Assembly (NCBI GenBank): GCA_918797485.1
Contig: CAKKNE010000002.1
Location: forward strand, 4,464,001 to 4,528,000
Length of the DNA: 64,000 bases
Direction: 5' to 3'
DNA from: Pelagomonas calceolata
Taxonomy: Eukaryota
Positions within the stretch are counted from its first letter, which is position 1; each line of letters begins with the position of its first letter. Shown piece by piece: positions 26,752 through 37,317 of the stretch. A program made the position numbers and the translations under genes. Under the pieces are notes generated by a model. It saw only the letters and a program-made list of their open reading frames with translations. It searched no databases and had not been told where the DNA came from.

Positions 26752-28248
26752 CTACGAAGAGGAGTCCGAGTCCTCCTCAGCCCACATGCTCGAGGCGTCG
26801 CTCGCGACGGAGGACGCGTCGCCGGCATCTGGCACATCCTCTTCCTTGCGCGGTAGGATCTCGCCGGTCAGGAAAGACCCGAGGTGGCGCGCGAGGTACT
26901 CGTCGCCGGTCGCGTGGTTCGGCAGGCGCGCAAACGTGAGATCGACCGTTTGCTTCCAGCGCGCGGTGAGGTGGCGGTCGAACATCAAATTCAGCGCTGC
27001 TTTCTCGCGGCGGGCCTGGCCGGGGAGGGGCATTCCGTCTGGCCCCCGCTTGTACTTGTCGATGTCGAACCAGTCCAACCAAGCGCTACGGTCCGTGCGC
27101 AGCCCGCGCGCGGCGTCGAGCGGAGTCATACCCGTGGAGTCCGCGCAGAACGGGTCGGCGCCGTGGGCGAGGAGCACCTTGGCGACGCCCACCCGACCGG
27201 CTAAGCATGCGACGTGGAGCTGCGGTCAGCCAAAGTCCCCCACCTTTGCATCGACGTCGACGTGTTCCAGGAGCAAGCGGACACAGGCCGCGCCGTCGCA
27301 GGCCTCGTCGACGGCGGATTCGTCGTCAGAGTCCTCCACAAAGAACTCGATATACGGATATTCGACGTCGTAGTCTTCGATGTCCTCGTCCGCGGCGGCG
27401 CGACACGCGAAAAAGAGCGGAGACATGATGGGGAGATGGCAATCGCGTTCAGAGACATGCAGCCGATGGTCGCCGCCCGGAGCATGGACCGTGATCATGA
27501 GCATCGCGTGAACGCTCGCACCGTGCTCGATCAACACCTGCGCCGCCGCGTGATACCCAAAAAACAAGGCGTGATGCAGTGGGGTCCAGTTTCTCTTCCC
27601 CTGGGCGCTACCTTGATGCGGCTCGTCCACGGCCGCGCCGCGCTCGACGAGCATTTTTACGAGGTCCGTGTGCCCGCGACCGCTCGCGATGAACAGTATG
27701 CTCTCGAAGCAGCCGTTCATCGCGTGTTCGATTTTCACGCCGGCGTCGAGGCATTTTGCGACCGTGGCGGCGTCCCCAACGTTCGACGCCTGGATGATCA
27801 AATTATGAGGGCTCTCCAGCGGCGAGCAGTACGCCTTCCCGTTCGGCGCGAACGCTGGGGTCCCGGGGTACCTCCGGACGCGCTCGAGCGGCACCGCCTC
27901 CGCCACGCGGCCGTCGCCGTAGCGCACGTCGTACGTCGCAGGCTGGATAGGGGCCCTCTCGGGAGCCCGCCGGATGAGCACGACCTCGCCGACCGACGAC
28001 GGCTCGCTCCATCGGCCCCACTCTTCGCTCGTCTCCTCGCGCGTCTCGACGCGGGCGCCCACGGCGTAAATTCCGTCCGCGCGTTTCTTGAGTTCATCGA
28101 TCTCCTTCCGCAGGGCGATTTTTGTCTTCGTCTCGGCTAAGAGACTCTGGCGCAGGCGCTCCTGGTGCGCCTGCTGCTCGGCTGTGAGGTCTTCGTCCAT
28201 ATTGGGCCCTTCTAGTGCAGCTCGCTGCTCGGCTGAGGGTTCGAGCAA
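26752..28248 (-). pseudogene. Ankyrin-repeat protein with Tudor/SH3-like segment; in-frame TGA at 27226-27228
   Basis: ORFs 27226-28248 and 26752-27192 are in frame: VDAKVGDFG*PQLHVAC aligns with paralog VDHKSGEHGRTQLHGAC; WTPLHHA, GMTPLDAA ankyrin motifs; TYDVRYGDG Tudor-like. Start uncertain. Confidence 0.65.
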
Positions 28249-28408
28249 ATGGTGCCTTGTTGTGCAGATATCACTACCGCCCCCTACACGTGATGCCAGC
28301 GGTGGCAGCGGTCGCTCAGTGAACGATGGACCACAGACGCGAGCCTGCAGGCTATCTTATGGCGATTACGCTGCGTATGCGCCCCACAAAGTCGCGTCTA
28401 AGACGTGT

Positions 28409-28432
28409 GCTAGTGTCTTACAGGCCGCTAGC
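28409..28432. promoter_or_regulatory. CTAG-flanked upstream motif (GCTAGCGGCCTGTAAGACACTAGC on minus strand)
   Basis: Identical 24-mer at 40872-40895; variants at 26668, 29838, 34262, 35885, 37186, 44575, 49903. Confidence 0.65.
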
Positions 28433-28512
28433 TAGCATCGCGCATTGGTGGGCAAAAAAAAGGCTGCTCGTGCGTGCGAACAGCTGCATTCATATTGGCA
28501 TAGTGCGCAGGG

Positions 28513-29817
28513 ATGCCGCGACCACTCCTGCGGGGACTCCTGCTATGCCTGGCTGCCAATGGCCTGCAGCCACTGGCACTCATCACGCGGCGCCGGACAG
28601 GCCGCAGCGGTGCGAGGGCATCCGTGCGCAGCAGCAATGATGCGAGACGTCTGGCATCCGTGCGCAGCAGCGATGAAAAACGGCCCAACCTCGCGCGCAC
28701 GGCGAGCGCCGCCGCATTGGTCGCCGGCACGACCGTCGGCGGCGGCTTCCTCGGGCTGCCCGCGGTCGTCAAGCCTGCTGGCTTCGTGCCGACCGTCGTG
28801 ACGCTGACGGCGTCCTGGCTCTTCTTGCTCGCGGAAGCATTAGTAGTCGCCGAGGCTGTCGGGCGGTGCCGCGGGAGCGCTTCGCTGACGACAGTAGCAG
28901 AGACCGCCGGCGCGAGCAAACTCGCGGTGCGGGGTTTATTCTTCGCGCTCGTAACAGCAACGCTTGCATCTCAGCTGAGCAAGGCCGGGACGCTCCTCCC
29001 AAACCTCTCGTACCGCGCGGCGACACTCGCAGCCGCGGTCGCCGCTTGCCTCGCTGCGCTCGGCCCCTCAACAAAGCGTGCGGCGGACCTGAATGCCGTT
29101 TTGACCGCTGTGTTCGCCATAAGCGCAATCGGCGTCGGTCTGACCGCGACCACCGCAATCGAGTCGGGCGCGCTCGCCTTCGACGCGTCACGACTAGCCA
29201 TCACGAATGCGGCCGCGGCGCGGCGGTCGGTTCCGACGATCCTCCAGCTACTCGTATTTGCGGAGACTGTGCCCACGGTCAACGAACTGCTCGACGGCGA
29301 CGCCCCGCGCATCCGGGCGGCGCTCACGTTTGGCTCGCTCGCGCCGCTGGTCCTCGAGGCGGCCTGGGCTTGTTTAGGATTAGGCGTGATCACTCGCGGC
29401 GACCCGTTCGAACACCTGCTGGGGTCGGATCCGACACGACTGTGCGCCATCCTGCTCGCCGGCTCGGCCGTCGCGACGACGGCGCTCGGTTCTATATTGG
29501 CGCTGAAGTCCGACGTCGCGCCGACGGCATCCCGGCCGCGCCGTGCAGCGTTATACGCGACGCTGCCGGCCGTCGCCGTCGCGCTGACGTCGCCGGAGGT
29601 CTTCTTCAAGGCGATGGACTTCGCCGGGGCGTATCCAGTGGCGATCCTCTGGGGACTCTTCCCGCCGCTGGCGTGTCTGAAGTTGCGGCGGACGACGTCT
29701 GGCGCGCGGTCGGCGGGCCCCGACGCGTGGCTCGTGGTCCTCGCGGCTGTATCTGGTCTTTTTGTCGCGTCGACGGCGGCGAGAGATTTGCGGGGGTTGT
29801 TTAGACTGTTGTTTTAA
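28513..29817 (+). CDS. Tryptophan/tyrosine permease family (TyrP-like) amino-acid transporter, probably plastid-targeted
   Basis: ALVAGTTVGGGFLGLP N-terminal motif, FFKAMDFAGAY, ~11 TM; signal plus Arg/Ser-rich transit peptide containing a 36-nt-period duplication (28617-28676). Confidence 0.85.
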   Translation: MPRPLLRGLLLCLAANGLQPLALITRRRTGRSGARASVRSSNDARRLASVRSSDEKRPNLARTASAAALVAGTTVGGGFLGLPAVVKPAGFVPTVVTLTASWLFLLAEALVVAEAVGRCRGSASLTTVAETAGASKLAVRGLFFALVTATLASQLSKAGTLLPNLSYRAATLAAAVAACLAALGPSTKRAADLNAVLTAVFAISAIGVGLTATTAIESGALAFDASRLAITNAAAARRSVPTILQLLVFAETVPTVNELLDGDAPRIRAALTFGSLAPLVLEAAWACLGLGVITRGDPFEHLLGSDPTRLCAILLAGSAVATTALGSILALKSDVAPTASRPRRAALYATLPAVAVALTSPEVFFKAMDFAGAYPVAILWGLFPPLACLKLRRTTSGARSAGPDAWLVVLAAVSGLFVASTAARDLRGLFRLLF

Positions 29818-30089
29818 CGTCGCACGACTAGTTTTTAGCTAGCGGCTGTAAGACACTAGCAATATGCAAGGCGCCGCCGCGGCACGCAGCTCTAGGGCCC
29901 TCAGGCGACCGCAGAGCTAGCGGGACACATATATATACAGCATAAGTCACTGCAGCCAAAGCGCTCGCATCCCTGCGGCACCAGCGGCAGCGGGAGCTTG
30001 CCTCCAGGGAGACAGCCACTTGACAGCAGCAAGCGCGGCGGCGCAGCGCCAGCAGCCAAGAGACAGCAGCAGCAACAGCTAAAAAAAAG

Positions 30090-30950
30090 ATGGTCTACGG
30101 CATCGTCACCATCGGCCCGGCCGGCGTGGGAAAGACCACCATGTGCCACGCGCTCCAAATCCACGGGAGATTACATAAGCGCGGCATATACGTCGTGAAT
30201 CTGGACCCGGCGGCGGACACGCTGCCCTACGAGCCCGATATCGATGTGCGAGAATTGATAAGGGTCGAGGACGCGATGCGGGAATTTGGGTATGGCCCCA
30301 ATGGCGGTTTAATATACTGCATGGAGTACCTCGCGATGCATTTGGAATGGCTGGAAGACAAGATTTCGGAGTTTGGGGAGGATGACACGTTGCTGTTCGA
30401 CTGCCCCGGCCAAATAGAGTTGTATACGCATCTGCGGGCGATGCCGCAATTGGTAAGAGCATTGCAGGAGTCTTGTCATGTCAAATTATGCGCCACGTTT
30501 CTCGTCGACGCGGTGTCCATCGACCAGCCGGCGAAGTTCGTCGCCGCGGCGTTGGCGGGCCTGTCGGCGATGCTGCAGCTGCCCGTGCCGCACGTGACGG
30601 TACTATCGAAGAGCGACGCGTTGGGGGACGAGGCGAAGCTCGAGGCGTTTCTGGAAGAGGGTAGCGCGGTGTTGTTCGTGCGGAACCAGAACCAGATCAG
30701 AGATGAAGAAGGACGGACGCCGAATAGGAGTCACGATCGACTCCATGACGCGATCTGCTCGGTGCTGGACGACCACGCGATGCTTTCCTATGTCCCGTTC
30801 ACGGTCAAGGACGAGGACGCGGCGGCGCACGTCCTCGCCTTTTGCGACCACCTGACGATGTACTCGGAGAATGCCGAGGTGAACATCCCGCGCGACCTGG
30901 ATGGGGACTCGGGGATTGATCCCTCCGTCAGTTTCCCGGGGCTCGGGTAA
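30090..30950 (+). CDS. GPN3: GPN-loop GTPase 3
   Basis: GPAGVGKTT P-loop, VNLDPAA, GPNGGL, FDCPGQIELYTH, LSKSD. Confidence 0.9.
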   Translation: MVYGIVTIGPAGVGKTTMCHALQIHGRLHKRGIYVVNLDPAADTLPYEPDIDVRELIRVEDAMREFGYGPNGGLIYCMEYLAMHLEWLEDKISEFGEDDTLLFDCPGQIELYTHLRAMPQLVRALQESCHVKLCATFLVDAVSIDQPAKFVAAALAGLSAMLQLPVPHVTVLSKSDALGDEAKLEAFLEEGSAVLFVRNQNQIRDEEGRTPNRSHDRLHDAICSVLDDHAMLSYVPFTVKDEDAAAHVLAFCDHLTMYSENAEVNIPRDLDGDSGIDPSVSFPGLG

Positions 30951-31107
30951 TTTGTCTCGGTACTAGATATGACTCGAATCCGCGTCGATGGTGTCTCCTC
31001 GCGCGTCTGCTCGATGGCGTGGAGGCTCTACGCCATCGACGATCCGTGGAGGCTCGCGTGTAGCGAATCTTCTTACTTGCTTGGTCTTGGGGGGAATGTG
31101 GGCGCAT

Positions 31108-32754
31108 CTACTCGATGACGAGCTCCGCGAAGGACACGGAGTACTCCGTGCCTTTCGACAGCCAGCCCTTGCTCTTGGTGGCGGTCACCTCGTAGAGGTC
31201 CGGGCGGTTGACGAGGTACTCCCCCAGCGCCGTCGTGTGCGACTCGAGGTCGGCGAAGCGCTCCTTGTCCGTGAGGCCCGCGAAGGTCTGGTACAGAGCT
31301 TCGTCGGCGTCCGTGGAACCAGCACAAACGATCTTCGCCGCGGCCGGGCTGAGGATCTCGCAGGCGAACTTGGCGACGCGCTTGACGGCGACCTTGGCGT
31401 TGTCCGTGTCCTCCGTGGCGCCGCGCGTCGACGCGCGCGCGAGGCCGAAGCCCCAGCCGCTCAGGCGCGTCTGCGCCGCCTTCTCCGAGCCGTCTCTCTG
31501 CAAGGCCCGCAGGAAAGTTTCGATGCAGCGGCGGCGCACCTGCGTTTGTCGATACGTGAGTTGAGTACGATGCATCGTCGATAGCGTGATGTGTATCCCG
31601 GCGTCGATGGCGTCAAGCGCACGACATCGCCGCATCCGAATCGAAGAGAGGACGCCGCGTACGACGTCGGGCTGGCGCAAGGCCGAGAGGGGCAGGCCCC
31701 GGAACGTGAGCGGCTCGAGCATGGCGGCGCCCATGGTGGCCTGGGCTCTGTACCCACCTGTGTGGAACTCATTTTACCGCGCGTTCGACGCACCCGACGC
31801 ACCGGTTGATTCCACACAGGCACGCACCGAAGTCGTTGAAGAAAACGCGACACTCGTGGAGGATCTTCTCCGAGAGCACGGCCTCCTTCTCGACGGTCGC
31901 CGCCTCCTGGTCCTTCACGGTCGCCGTGCCGGCCTTGGCGACGACGCGCGCGCCCTTGCGGTCGCAGAGTTCCGCGGCGGAGCCCGGGAGCGACGCGCGG
32001 CGCGGCGTCGCCGCGTGGCGCAGGGGCTTCATCCACTTGACGACCTTGCAGAACTGGACGCGGACGCAGCCGATCTCCTTCGCAAGGCGGACGTCGGCGC
32101 TCGACACGGACGAGCGGGCCCGCTTCGGCTCGGGCTCGTCCTCGTCGACGTTGTGGCTCCCGAGCGACCGGCGCGCGGCGGCCGCGCTCCCGAACTGGAA
32201 GGGCCACGAGCTCTCGGTGTCGGCGAAGAAGCCCCGGACCTGCGCGGGCGGCCCTCGGTGACGCCGTCGACGCGAAGGTTTTGCGACGCGGCCGCCGCGC
32301 CACGTACTCCGTCTCGCCGGGGCCGAACCAGAAGTAGTGGTCCGGGACTGAGGTGTCCACCCCGTCCTCCGCATCGCCCTCGACGGCCGCCGACGTGTAG
32401 ACCGTGTCCGGCTCGCCGCGGTCGACGTAGACTCTAGCCCCGTAGGACACGCCGTCCGGCGGCGGTCTTAACAGGGAGCACTTGACCTGGAACTTGACGC
32501 CCGGTTCCTGCGTGCGGGACGCGTCTCGCCGACGCCGTCGATGCGAATATGGAAAAGACGCGGGGCCAGACGGCGCAGTAGTAGGCGAAGGTCGCCGTGG
32601 CCTCCTCGTCCTCGGAGGCCTCCTTCCAGTAGGAGATCGGGAGCAGGGTCTCGGGCTTGTCGTCGCCGCCGACCACGAGCTTGGCGGAGAAGAACTCCTT
32701 CGCCTCGTCGACGTTGACCTGCTTCTTCGCGGTGTGGCTCTCCGCGGCGCCCAT
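31108..32754 (-). CDS. Uncharacterised protein (possible N-myristoylation), 4 introns
   Basis: ATG 32754 (MGAAESH). Introns 32508-32571, 32240-32303 (or GC donor 32300), 31758-31827, 31540-31665 give a continuous frame to TAG 31108. Confidence 0.65.
31758..31819. mobile_element. Miniature (62-nt) introner, TIR family
   Basis: CTGTGTGGAACTCA...TTGATTCCACACAG; TSD GTACCCAC/GCACGCAC (6/8). Confidence 0.8.
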
Positions 32755-33261
32755 TGTGTGAGTGCTTCGCGACGAAGGCGTGCGCTGAGGATAATCTGAA
32801 GCCTGCGCGGCGCGGCGCTGAACGACGGGACCACGACCCGGCGCAAGGCGACGCGATCGGCGCCGCGGAGACGGCGCGCGCGGACGGCGCGGGCAGTGGA
32901 CGCGACGCCAGGCGGTCCCCGCGTCCCTGGCGGCCCACACGCGCCGTTCAAGCTGCCTGGCACCGAGCGCGCGCAGGGCTATATCTCTGCGTAGGAGGCG
33001 CCAAAGTTCGCGGCGCTGCGTCGCGCAGTGATTTCAGTGAGTCCACTACGCGCTGCGACGGCGCGCGGCGACCCCTATGGGCTGTGGGCGTCGTATGCGC
33101 GCTGCCAATGCGCAGAGCGGACCGAGACGCGGAGCGGTGCCTCGGGGGTCGAGCTTGATAGGTCCCGGCAGACCTACCCCGGCCAAGACGCCATCGCCGC
33201 GCCCGGACGAACTATCAGCCGGCTGAAGGCCAGGCGTTGAAGCTAACACACACAGCTGACC

Positions 33262-34140
33262 TTACGACACGACACACCCCCCCTGCTCCCCGCTCACATC
33301 CCGCCCGGCCCTCCTCGCGCGCGCCTTCGCCTTCAGTCGATCGACGACGTTCTGCTTTTCTTGCCGCACGGCGTTCATCGCCGCCGCGTCGTTCCTTTCT
33401 TCCTGGGACCGGATCTTGCGCTCGAACCATTTCGTCGTCGTCGTCTTCTCGCCGTCGCGCGTTCTGTTGGTCTGGAAGACGGGGTCCCTTTGGACGGTGT
33501 CGCCATCCCCATAATGCCAGGCGTTCCACGTGTCGCCGTCGACGCCGGAGCCCCCTCCTGGATACGCATGCGGCGCCGTCGGTGATTTCCTGATAGACGT
33601 GGGGCGCTTGGCCAGAGGCGACGTGGCGTTGCCGATCTCAGCGTCGTACCTGTGTGGAAATCAAATTTTACGGCGCGTTCGTGCTGAATCGTCGCGTCGT
33701 CCTCCACGCCATCGACGCGACGCTTGCTCGATGGCGTGGCGATGTCGGTTCCTCACCGCTCGACGGAGCCAGCACGGCCGCGTCGTCGCCGTAAAATGAC
33801 TTGGTGAAGAATTATCGGGTGCACCCGACACACTGGTTGATTTCCACACAGGGTCGTACGCGCGTCGCGCGCTGTCGTCTGTCAGCGTCGAGTGCGCATC
33901 CACGAGCCGCTGGAAGCGCGCCACGGCCGACGCGTCGCCCGGGTGCAGGTCCGGGTGGCTCTCCTTCGCGAGGCGGCGGAACGCGCCCTTGACGTCGGCC
34001 TCGGAGGCGTCGTAGGCGATCTCCAGCGTGCGGTAGTGGTCCCGTCGTCTTGCGGAGCCGCGGTAGTGGCGTCGCGCGCGCCTGCTGTTTCGTGCCGTGG
34101 AGGTGGTGCAGACTGTCAGTGCTGCAGGTGCTCTATACAT
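33262..34140 (-). CDS. DnaJ (J-domain) protein with C-terminal CaaX-like CVVS
   Basis: DHYRTLEI...FRRLAKESHPDLHPGD; intron 33650-33859 joins ARRA|YDAEIG; ends GGCVVS-TAA. Confidence 0.85.
33650..33851. mobile_element. Full-length introner (202 nt; 210-nt intron)
   Basis: TIR CTGTGTGGAAATCAA/TTGATTTCCACACAG; TSD CGTCGTAC/GGTCGTAC (7/8); donor GT supplied by the TSD. Confidence 0.92.
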
Positions 34141-34290
34141 CCTCGGCAAGGGCGTGCGTGCCAGCTGCGATTCGTACAGTATCCAGCGATGGAGAAAGCG
34201 ACTACTAACGGGCTGGTTGGCCCAGCGAGGCGATTTTTGGTGCCCGTGCACGCGCCACCAAGCTAGCGGCGCGTAAAGACACTAGCAAAA

Positions 34291-34383
34291 CTAATTCGGC
34301 CACTTATACTCAGGAACCGTACGAAAGACCAGAGTCCGACCCCTCGTCGGGGCAGGTACGTGGTCAGCGCAAGGAACGGGAAC
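34291..34383 (-). pseudogene. Relic duplicate of the 3' end and 3' UTR of gene 36080-36910
   Basis: Encodes FPFLALTTYL-(frameshifting deletion)-PDEGSDSGLSYGS*; shares CTAATTCGGCCACTTATAC with 36059-36077. Confidence 0.8.
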
Positions 34384-34394
34384 GAGCGTTGCAT

Positions 34395-35729
34395 TCAAAA
34401 GTGGAAGAAGAGCGGCCCATGGTCGTGGATCGGGACGGCGGGCGCTCGCCTGGCGAGCTCCGCGGCGAAAAAGCCGTCGGCCGCGTGGAGACGCCCCTGC
34501 GACGGCTGGGGCTTGCCATCTTCAAAGAGGCCGACGGCGAACGTCACGTTGCGCATCGCCGACGGCCGCACGAGCATGCACCCCAGGTCGATCGCCGCAA
34601 TGCGAAAGGCCACTCTCTGGAATCTTTTGAGAAGGTGGCAGAAGAAGTCCACCGCGGTCGACCCGACGTCCGGGCGCGCGTTGAACACGGCGAGCTGGTG
34701 CCGGAAGAAGTCGACGTGGTAGATGTTGTCTCCATTGGTAACATGGATGAAGTCGCAGCCGCCTCGCCGGCGCATCTCGAGGAGCCACAGGTCCGTCAGG
34801 ATGTAGCCAAAGACTTTGATCTTGACGCCCCAGCGTCGCCTGAAGGCCGCCTCGGCGCGCTGGTAGCGATCGTCGAAGCGCTCGTGGATCTCGAAGCTGC
34901 CCGACGCGTTCTGATCAACGCACGACGCCTCGAACGCTACGCGGCGGCGGAAGCAGGGCGACAGCGGGAGCCGCCTATCCGTGTTGGCGAGGTGCACCTC
35001 CAGGTCCACCGGCGTCCCGGCCGCGCGCGCGGCCGCCCGCATTGTCTGCAGCATCGTACCGATCACGCTCTTGTGGCCATCGTAGCTACGGACGTATGCG
35101 CAGATGCGGGTCGCGTTCTGCGCGTGCGTCGCTCCAGCCCGCGCCGCCGCCGCGTCTAAGTCCGCGGGTCGGCCGCACGCGCAATTGCCGCCGACCGGCC
35201 GGCACGTCACGCCGCGGGATCCTTGCCGTCCTACGTTCAGCCTGTCGTCGCACCCGCCGACGTGATGGTCCGTGGGACACGCCACCTGTCCGTACTTGGC
35301 CTTCTCGGCGGCGGAGATATTCACGCAGCCGAAGCTGCGGCCCTCCCCTCGGCCGTGGTCGCGGAAGTGGTCGAGGAGCGCGCCGACGTTGCAGCCCTTC
35401 TTGCAATAGTGATACTCGAGGTCCGCGTAGTTCTTCGCGTAGCACGTGGCGTTCTCGGCGCGCGCTTGCTCCGCGGCCGCGTGCTTGCTCTTTTTACGGA
35501 GCTTCCACTCGCGCCGGTGTTGGGCGACGCGTTCTTTGTGGGTTGTGTGATTGACGGCGTGCGTGTGATTGACTCCGTCCAAGCGCCTTCGACGGGCGTC
35601 ATCTCGTCGCCGGAGTCTCGTCACCTCCGATATATTCACCTGAAACGAGCCAAGTCCCGCGCGGCAGGCCGGCGGTGACGCGGCGACGACGGCCGCGACT
35701 GCGGCGAGGGCGAGGCTGGCGCGCCACAT
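34395..35729 (-). CDS. Secreted/Golgi GT-A-fold glycosyltransferase-like protein
   Basis: Signal MWRASLALAAVAAVVAA; CYAKNYADL...HFRDHGRGEGR module; DFIHVTNGDNIY (DxD-like), IDLGCMLV, HAADGFF, PLFFHF. Confidence 0.6.
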   Translation of the reverse strand: MWRASLALAAVAAVVAASPPACRAGLGSFQVNISEVTRLRRRDDARRRRLDGVNHTHAVNHTTHKERVAQHRREWKLRKKSKHAAAEQARAENATCYAKNYADLEYHYCKKGCNVGALLDHFRDHGRGEGRSFGCVNISAAEKAKYGQVACPTDHHVGGCDDRLNVGRQGSRGVTCRPVGGNCACGRPADLDAAAARAGATHAQNATRICAYVRSYDGHKSVIGTMLQTMRAAARAAGTPVDLEVHLANTDRRLPLSPCFRRRVAFEASCVDQNASGSFEIHERFDDRYQRAEAAFRRRWGVKIKVFGYILTDLWLLEMRRRGGCDFIHVTNGDNIYHVDFFRHQLAVFNARPDVGSTAVDFFCHLLKRFQRVAFRIAAIDLGCMLVRPSAMRNVTFAVGLFEDGKPQPSQGRLHAADGFFAAELARRAPAVPIHDHGPLFFHF

Positions 35730-36079
35730 GTGGGCTTGCGAGAGCAAGTTTCAACTCAAGATTTACAACTGAGCCCTTGCACGCGGTCTTGTCTCAAAAT
35801 GGATGGAGTAGAAGTATTTCCGCCCGCTGGCGGTTGCGACAACGAGGGACTGGGGACCAGGGCTCGCGAGACCGTAAATTGTTAGCTAGAGTGCTAAGAC
35901 ACTAGCCAGGCCGGGAGGGTACGGGGAACCCTGCGACGTAACTAGCCTCAGCCTCGGCCAGAGGACGCTGTTATGAAAGAAGCGGCACGCGCCCGCCGCC
36001 GATGAATCGGCGACGCGCGGTGTTAACCCCACTAGTCCTAGCACCGTAAACATGGATACTAATTCGGCCACTTATACGA

Positions 36080-36910
36080 CTAGGACCCATATGATAGCCC
36101 GGAATCCGACCCCTCGTCGGGCTTCGCCGTGAACGCCTTCCACCCCAAATACGTCGTCAGCGCCAGGAACGGGAAGGCGCCGCAGAAGATGAGCGGCTCG
36201 ACGGGGTCGCCGACGACGCCGTGCCACGCCAATTTGCACCACCGCAACACCATCTGGATGTAATTTGGATAAAAATTCAAATGAGCGTTGTAGAAGGACA
36301 CCATCAGCACCATCGTCGATGTTAACAGACTGGCAGCGAATCTGTTCATCTTCCGCGTACTTTCACCTTCTTCCGGCTGCGGGATCGCGTATTTGAGAGC
36401 TACGGCCCCCAGCCACGACAGCAGCCCGTTCAGGAAGGACAGGCGACAGGTCAAATATTCGAACTCGTGGTTCGCCTGCAAGAACCCCATAGCAGTATCT
36501 CGCCCTACTAACGTTTTGACGGCGTGGGCCGTGCCCTCGCCTGAACTCAGTAACATGGTACCTGTCACCGTGGAGACAAATACACAAAGCACCTCGCAGG
36601 CGAAACTGCCCACTAATAGGACTTTGATCATCTTCTTCGCCTGGCGGACCCACTTGTGGTCGGCTTCGCGCGTGACCAGCGATTCGTCGTCCTTGTACTC
36701 CTGGGACGTGGCCATGACCGCGCCGGCCACGAGGGCCGCCGGCGCGCCGAGGTTGCAGGTCCAGTCGAAGGCCCCGGTCGCGACCTCGAAGACGTCCGCG
36801 GCGCTCGCCTTCACGGGCGCATGGCGCGGCGTTCGCTTGTGTTGTAGCGTGAGCCGCGGCCCCGTGAAGGCCTGGGTGGCTGCAGCTATCAATGCGGTGC
36901 GCACGAGCAT
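36080..36910 (-). CDS. Plastid-targeted membrane protein of unknown function
   Basis: ATG 36910; signal ending TQA-F (ASAFAP-like) plus transit peptide; 4-5 TM segments. Confidence 0.7.
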   Translation of the reverse strand: MLVRTALIAAATQAFTGPRLTLQHKRTPRHAPVKASAADVFEVATGAFDWTCNLGAPAALVAGAVMATSQEYKDDESLVTREADHKWVRQAKKMIKVLLVGSFACEVLCVFVSTVTGTMLLSSGEGTAHAVKTLVGRDTAMGFLQANHEFEYLTCRLSFLNGLLSWLGAVALKYAIPQPEEGESTRKMNRFAASLLTSTMVLMVSFYNAHLNFYPNYIQMVLRWCKLAWHGVVGDPVEPLIFCGAFPFLALTTYLGWKAFTAKPDEGSDSGLSYGS

Positions 36911-37317
36911 GGTTTTGCAGCCACTGCCTCCCTGGCTCCAATAGACAAGCTCGTACGACTGGCGGCTGGGGTTTCTCTTGCCGGATGCCTGCTCAGCTAT
37001 AATTGGGGTACGCTCGCAGCCTCCCGCTGACCTCCTTCGCGCGCAGCGATGCTGCCAATGTGCTATCAGCTCTGAGAGCAAATGCAAACCTTGATGCGAG
37101 GAGGCCCGCCTGGCAGCAAGTTCACGGCTCGTCGTATGGCAGTCGACCCCTCCAGGGCTGCTGGATAGGTAACTCGTGAGGCGTTCTAGCGGTCTGTAAG
37201 ACACTAGCAACAGCAAGCCTATGCCTTTGTGCAAAGAGCTATCGCATTGATGCACCAGACGCAGCTTTGGCACGAGCATCGTGACCTTTAGGCAACACAG
37301 CAGCTGTGCTCCGATCA

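Noticed and set aside
27226..27228. Selenocysteine codon (pelagophytes are selenoprotein-rich)
   Set aside because: Aligns to Arg, not Cys, in the paralog; no redox motif; no SECIS recognised.
27214..28140. Long antisense/alternative-frame ORFs (also 31461-32963, 34389-35159, 39758-40537, 28866-29804)
   Set aside because: Shadow ORFs expected at high GC; Arg/Pro/Ala-rich with no motifs and overlapping better-supported genes.
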